A stretch of DNA of 64,000 nucleotides, taken from contig CM060734.1 of assembly GCA_030704615.1 (NCBI GenBank), forward strand, positions 14,508,001 to 14,572,000, read 5' to 3'. The DNA comes from Takakia lepidozioides (taxonomy: Eukaryota; Plantae; Bryophyta). Below, one piece after another: positions 57,640 through 64,000 of the stretch. Every line of letters begins with the position of its first letter. Within the stretch, counting starts at the first letter, position 1. Both the position numbers and the translations under genes were made by a program. A model generated the notes under the pieces. The model was given only the letters and a program-made list of their open reading frames with translations, did not search any database and was not told the DNA's origin.

Positions 57640-58511
57640 AGGATGAAGGACCTATTATTGAGGAAGAGGCAGATCCAGAAGAAGAAGATGACAAGGAAAA
57701 CGAAGAGCCAAATAATCAAGAATTGGCCAATATCAGTATTGGAGTTTATACAGTTACCAAGGAAGAATCAGAAGACATTCGATATCAAGATCAAGATCCG
57801 GATGATTGGCAATGGCCAATCAAATATTATCTGAACACAGGAAAATTTCCTGAAGACCAAAGATGACAGGAGAAAACTTTCAATGAAAAGCAAGCCATAC
57901 ACAGTGATCAAGGGAATTCTGTACAAAAGAGGAATTGACTCCATAATGAGAAGATGTGTGAACAAGGAACAAGCCAAAACAGTGATGCAAGAGCTACACG
58001 AAGGAATTGCAGGAGGAGACTTCAGTTCTGACCTGACAGCAAAGAAGATACAGGTTACTGGTGGCCTATTGTATTTGGAGACACTTATGAACACTGTCAA
58101 CAGTGTGATGTTTGCCAGAGGATGGGACCAGTAGAACGAACTGGGAAGGGTACTATGCACCCAATACTACCAACAGAACCATTTCAACGATGGGGACTAG
58201 ACTTTGTGGGACCCATTAAACCTCCAGCAAGGTACACACAGAACCAATACATCCTCACAGCTATTGACTACACTACCAAATGGGTAGAGGCCAAGGCACT
58301 AAGAGACAACACTGCCAAGTCGACAGCCAAATTCTTATATGAAAACATCATCACACGATTTGGTTGCCCACTGGAATTCGTCAATGATCAAGGATCACAT
58401 TTTATAAATGATGCCATAAAATGCTTGACAGAGGAGTTCATGATCGTACATCACAAGAGCACCGCTTACCATCTCCAAGGAAATGGCCAGGCCGAATCTA
58501 CCAACAAGATA
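57640..58511 (+). pseudogene. Integrase zinc finger and core, displaced segment
   Basis: LHEGIAGGDF, WGLDFVGP, NDQGSHF, NGQAESTNKI; frameshifted. Confidence 0.9.
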
Positions 58512-59421
58512 TAGAGGTTCATCTTCATCTGATGAGTCCTCTTCTTCATCAGTGTCATCCATGAGCTTAAGAGAATCTGGGAGGTCATAGTCTCCTTGAA
58601 ACACTCCCAGAGCACCAAAGATGCCGAGGAGAGCTGCCTCGGTGACAGCCTGTGAGTGGAGCGGGTTATGAATTTTTGCCACCAGAGTAAGAGCATCACG
58701 CTCGGCAATGGCCTCCTGTGGTGTTGCGGTGATTCCAGTCATACTGGAACGACGGGTTCGGATTTGTGGTTTGATCAATGGAGAGCTCATATTCTGTCAG
58801 TAAACAGCTCAATTCCATCAGTGACGAAGGTCAGCACGAACATTTGCCCTTGCCCAATGAACCTGCCCAAAAACTGCACCTTCGACTAACGAAGGTGACA
58901 ACATTCGCTCAGCCATGGTGCTTCCAAAAATTATCATTTTTCCCCACTTCACCCTGAACCTTCGTCCATCGAAGGTGGAGGATGATATAGCAATGTTTTA
59001 AAAAAAACAAAAAAATAAAAAACAAAAAAACAAAACCGAAAATTTTCATTTTTCCTAACTTCACCTTGATCATCTTCTTCATCCTCCACCTTTGGCCAAC
59101 GAAGGTGTTCTCCACGGCCATCTAGCCTACGACTGTTGTCCTTCAAGTCCACAACTCATACCCCACCTTTGCCAGCCTTCTGTGATAATTAAAGGGTTTT
59201 GTATCTTACCTTGTTAGGTCTCGACGTTAGTTATCCGATGTTGACAAGCAATATAGTGTTGTTCTCATTCATTTCCTACTGGAAAACGACTATCATTCAG
59301 TTTTGGATTTATGGGCAGCCCGAAAAAAAAATTTGGACGACCCTTTGCCACGTGGCCATTTTTCGTGTGTCCACGTCATACTGATCGTTGATGGCTGATG
59401 GCTGACAAAATAGCAATCCCT
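58512..59421. mobile_element. Terminal fragment of another probable Mutator-like relative
   Basis: End ...GCTGACAAAATAGCAATCCCT resembles the family TIR (...AAATAGCAAACCTC). Three CACCTTCG-n5-CGAAGGTG-type palindromes at ~58877, 58958 and 59087. Confidence 0.55.
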
Positions 59422-61000
59422 TGATCAATGTATGCTCAATGCGTACGCCCTGTACTAACATGCGTTTCTTGGTGTCTTTTGCAGCGAGATAGATAAAACA
59501 AAACTTTGATGTCGGGCCTGCCTTTTGAACCTGGATTATTTTGAATTCGTCCCCGTGTTGGTATGTCTCTATGATAAAATGCATGGTTAGTTGCGGGCGA
59601 TCTTGTCAAGTAGGATATCACTAGCCAAGTAGAGTGAGAGGTAGTCAAGTGAGGCAGGAAGGTTATATGCTTTTTCGATTATACCTTGCATCTGCACCCC
59701 GGAAGCCATGGTCATGACGAAGGATCGGTTCCCTTGGAGCAGTGCTAGGCCGTCTGTGGCGGGGTGCAGAAGCTCCACCTTGAGAAGACCATTCCAGATT
59801 TTGCTCCCGCGCTTGATGTAAGCTGTGACTGGGGAATAGAGTATGTTGCCAAGAGGGATGTTCATGACCTCAGAACATTTACGGGCCCGATATAGCGCTA
59901 ACTCCTTTGGCATGTCCGAATCACTGTCAAAGCGAATCATAATGTGCGGAGGCGAAGCTGAGAGGCCAGAGACTGGGTCAGTTTGAGTGCCTTTTGGTGG
60001 CTGGGTAAGTGGAAGGAGCTGGCCTTCCCGGCCGTCCGGTCTCACTGATGGGAAATGAAGCTGGGGAACGTGCGGGTAGGCCTTGAGGCAATGGCGCATT
60101 TCATGAATTTACGAGTTGCAGAGGCCAATGTGTTGAAGCTCAAATGAGGAGCGCTCCTCTGTAGCAAAAGGTACTGTAGAGTCCACCGCATGCTGCTTGA
60201 GCGTGGGATAACCCATCCAGAATTGCTGCCAAAAAAATAAAATAAAAAATGGACGCGTTGCCAAAGCAAGTGTAACTTATGGTGTCACTTGACCCCATAG
60301 GGCTACTGCCTTCCGGTGGGAAGGTGGACATCGTAATGACTTCCAACAGGTGGATTGAACCCATAACCACTTGTGAGAGGGTGCATGTTGGAAAAAATCA
60401 GGGAGTCGTTGTGTGGTATGGGACTTGGTGTCACTGGGCCCTTTCATTTTTTTTGGATCGGAATGACTGCTACCTGCTTCGCTGTTGGATTTGCTTGCGG
60501 TTTGCTTGGTGCGGGGGTTGATAGCTAGGAGCTCCAGTGGCGAGGTAAGTGCTGTGTGGGGTGGCGCACGTCTCTGCTCGGGTGTCGTTGATATCAGTGG
60601 GGGTGTAGCTGCAAGACCTCATGGTGTCTGTTCGTTGTTGGCCTTTGCAGGGCTTTGTGTGGAGTGGGCCTGGTATGCATTCTCAGCTGCAAAGAATAAT
60701 TTGTCGGAGGGGTGCATGTCACTGGCGTCCATTCCTTCTTCCTGGTGGATGTCCATGTCGTAATCCTTGTCCATTGGACTAGCCCTTGACGTGGAGCAGT
60801 GTGCCGAGAGCGGGTGTGAACTGGTTCTTTTGCTGCGGGTGACTATGTTAGAAAGAGAATGATGGTGTTTTTGGATACTACCCGCCCGTTTCTGGATACT
60901 ACCAAGTTTGGAGATAGACATACGTGGGTGAGAGCCTACACTTGGTAGCTCTGAGAGAAGGGGGAACATTTGGGCAGGGCGCAAAGAATGGAGGATGAAA
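59422..61000 (-). pseudogene. Degenerate ORF, possibly non-LTR retrotransposon ORF1-like
   Basis: Successive frameshifted minus-strand ORFs, cut at the 59421 terminus, with a CA-rich upstream region; no diagnostic motif. Confidence 0.25.
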
Positions 61001-62520
61001 GCTTAGACAAAATTGCCAAGGTGGTGGAGGGGAGGAAGTGTTTGCCACGGAGGGTGGCTGCAAACTATATGCGGGGACAGTTTGGCAGCGTCATTTTAGT
61101 TCCTGGCGGCGAGAGCTTCCTGGTGTATTAATTGGAGCCGTTAACCATTTGTGCCTAAGTGGCGGTTGTGAGATGCTTGAGTAAGGGAGGGTATTAAGAT
61201 GTGTAAGCGCAGTGCGAGGTGGTGATAAGCTTATGTCAATGGGCAACGCTGTTCTGTGTACTTTGTATGAAATTGAATAAGTTACGCTCCCTTCGGGAGG
61301 CGTCATATTTTTTTTATGAAATTGGATATGGTGGTGGGGGGGGTGGGAGTCGGCGCTGAGTTAAATAAAAAGAGGTGGTGATTACTAGGAGGGAGGGCAT
61401 TAATCCAACTTAAAGAGTTGGGCATTAAGAGGTTAAAATTGGTACAGCCTGCGGAAGGGTGTATCATCAAATGTGGGTCAAGGCAGCTTTATCAGACGCA
61501 TGCAAGGGTAGGGGGTTGTGAATGGGGTAGAATTAAATATGAGCCAGTGATGCTGGTTGTGGCATTGATGTCCGTGCTTGATGAACGCTGGGGTTTGGGG
61601 GTAATAAGTGGCAGGTTGCGTTCCCCGTGTAGTACACGGCGGGGGGGGGGGGGGGGGGGGGGGGGGGGGCGTATGTGTAATGGTATGTTGGGTGCAGCAT
61701 GTGGTGGAGTGCCAAGTATGGCTGACAAGTTCCTGGGCATGGGGTGCCAGGTAAGTTTGTGGCCAGCGGATCTTTGGGTGGGCAGGGCACCGCATACAAG
61801 GTTTGGAGTGGCAAGGGGCCGAGTTTAAGCAAGTAGGGTAGTGTGATATGTGGGTTGGGGGGAGGCAGGGGTCGTATACAGATTGGCGGACTGAGATAGC
61901 CATCGCAAATGGTAAGTGGGCTATATTGCTTATGTGTGGTACCTGATAAATTGTGGTGTATAGGGTATGAATGCTGGATAGATGATGTATAGTTGGGGTA
62001 AAGGGCCCTTTATAATGAAAGGGATAAATTCTGCCTAGAGTCCTAGGATGTGAGAATGTGGTGGGGAATTTTGTGGTGTGGGTACATATGCAGCCTGGCA
62101 TATGTGTATATTTGATAGGGGTAAAGAGAGCCTTTGCTTTTGGACAACATAAGCATATGCGGGGCATATGCACAAAATTGATTGAGATATAGAGAACCAT
62201 TGGATCCCGGGGGGGGAGAGAATGGGTGTGCTAGGTGGTGAATGTTTGATGAGAAGCTTGCAAGAAAGAGGTGAGAGTTAGAACGCAAGCCAGTGGAGAG
62301 TAAGATCAATTTGTAGATTCTAGCGTGGGTCGAGGCCTTGTAAGATAATTGTAGAGAAGGGGAGAGTCGAGAAAAGTGAGAACTAGTATGGGGGTGGCAG
62401 CCGCACATAGGGTAGGGGCAGGGAGTAGACCTGTGGGAGAGGTCACTAAAGCAGGGCAGGGAAGATTCTGGACGAGTTAGGCCTACATAGCTCCTTTTTG
62501 TGGGTGATTCGGTGGTTATT

Positions 62521-64000
62521 CACTACATGAAAAGGGGGGCCTTTGTGACGCCCACACCACGCCGTAGCGTTAGGAAAACGCCCTTTTCGGGCACGCAGGA
62601 GGCGCAAAATTTGTGACGCCCGGCCGTCGCCCTGCAGTCGCAAGGGCGTCGCCAAAATGACATCGCAAAAATGCGACGTATGGGGGTCACGAGCCCCCGC
62701 CCCAATTCCCGCGACTGCCAGACGTCGGTTTTTCAGGCTGTCCGCGCCGATGGCAGGAGCCTCTTCGAGCGACGTCTCGCCGTCGTGGCCCTCCAGCCGA
62801 CGACGTTGGTGGGGGCGCTGATGCGGCGTCGCAACCTTCTTTTCTTTTTTTTTCTTTTTTTTTCCTACCCTGCCCAAGAGTCAGCCGGGTGGTACGCCAA
62901 GCGACTATTGGGCGTGACACAAAATAGCAGGAGACGGTCTCCGCCACGCCCGGGCGTGGGTTATTGCGACGCTCCGGCGTCGCTTTTGTTTTAAATTTAA
63001 TTAAAAAAAAAACGTGGCGCAGGCAGCGTGGCAGTCTCTGCGACGCCAGGGCGTCGCGGCTTGCGACCCCCGGACTAAAAAACACGTCGCAGGGGGTGTC
63101 GGGTGTTGCCACCCGCAAATGGGGTTTGCGACGCTTGACCGTCGCTGCTTGCGACCCCCGCCCAAAAAACACGTCGCCATTGGCGACGTGCTGCAGTCGC
63201 GAGGGCAGCCTGGTGGGGGGGGGGGGGGGGGGGGTTTGGGGGTTCATTTTGGGGGTGAATTGGGGGTGGTTTTTTGTTTTTTTTCCTGGTTTTGTATTTG
63301 GGGATGGGAGAACTTATAGTTCCATTTCTCTGAGTTAGCACGTACACAATTGAGCAAGCATGAATCGAGGGTGAGGACGGTGCGACACATGAATAAGATG
63401 GAAGATGGAAAGATGGAAATATATTTACAAGAAATGAGCTGAAAAGCTCACAAGGGTTCAGTAGACTGACCCTGGGACCTACATGGACTAGGTCTAGTCA
63501 TCCTCATCCTCATCCTCAGTGGAGGACTCAGAGCTATCCGATGAGCCTGATGACTCCGCGCCCGTTGCCAGAGCACGTAAATGAGGCGGCGTTCCCCTAA
63601 GTCCCACAGAGCTCTCATCCAATCCCTGGGCATGACCCTTGACCTCATCCATACTAGTGCCCTGTAGTGCACTCATCCCCTCTGTGTTGGCCATGTTCTT
63701 CATGAGGGATTGTCAACCATGCTCCTTGGCGTAGTTGTACTCTATCGGAGATGGCTTCCTCTCAAACGCGCGTTGGTACACATGCCACAAATTAAAGTCA
63801 GTTCTTCGCGATGATGGAGCCAGAAAGAAGACATAACAAAATCCATATGGAAGTACGACTTACAAATCGCAAGATAAAACCCTTGGATCCGCCGGCGCCC
63901 CACTTGTGTGTGGATTCGTGTTTGTCAAGGCGGACTGTTGTTGCTTTGCGTGCCCGGTCACATTTGGCCTTGTTTGCGGCATCAGTCTCCCCCGCAATGA
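62521..64000. mobile_element. CACTA (En/Spm) transposon terminus with subterminal repeats
   Basis: Begins CACTACATGAAAA, followed by dense direct and inverted GCGACG/CGTCGC repeats to ~63200. An acidic minus-strand ORF tail points toward the terminus. The other end is not in the window. Confidence 0.75.

Larger units (their letters stand above)
47189..58511 (+). mobile_element. Near-complete degenerate Athila/Tat-like gypsy element with a rearranged 3' half
   Basis: 5' LTR 47189-48070, PBS TTTGGCGACCATACTGGGGAC, gag-PR-RT-RH on plus to ~52970. The 3' LTR with PPT is inverted (53027-53818). TSD GCCGG flanks both LTRs. The IN core is on plus at 57640-58511. Confidence 0.88.

Noticed and set aside
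57639-57719. Hydrophobic N-terminus of the 742-aa ORF suggesting an env or signal peptide
   Set aside because: It is the antisense reading of the acidic linker across the inversion breakpoint.
61641-61669. Poly-G tracts (also ~39673-39698 and ~63215-63236) as functional G-quadruplexes or poly-Pro/Gly ORFs
   Set aside because: Simple homopolymers of unreliable length with no supporting context.

Overview
Eukaryotic, transposon-dense window, most likely from a non-seed land plant (inferred from a plant-type PEX22, GT-AG introns and plant Ty3/gypsy and CACTA elements). It has one 500-N gap and one recognisable host gene, an intronless PEX22 at 38381-39208. The centrepiece is a complete 14,455-bp Mutator-like DNA transposon (14808-29262) with short TIRs and an 8-bp TSD (GAAACTAA). 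It carries an uninterrupted two-exon DDE/SWIM transposase. Divergent from that is a multi-exon gene of more than 1,300 aa that fuses a ParB/Srx-like domain to a beta-class (N6-adenine/N4-cytosine type) DNA methyltransferase fold. The element's non-coding parts (3-kb intergenic spacer, one intron, subterminal region) are built from arrays of one palindrome, GGAAATTCGGCGCCGAATTTCC. Fragments of about five diverged relatives lie in the same window, each with a different palindromic motif, suggesting a co-evolving protein/target-site system. A separate Ty3/gypsy element carries a C5-cytosine methyltransferase between protease and RT. The rest is nested, degenerate gypsy elements (extra ORFs, F-box-like mini-ORFs, one internal rearrangement) and a CACTA terminus. 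All domain calls are by eye from motifs; no searches were run.
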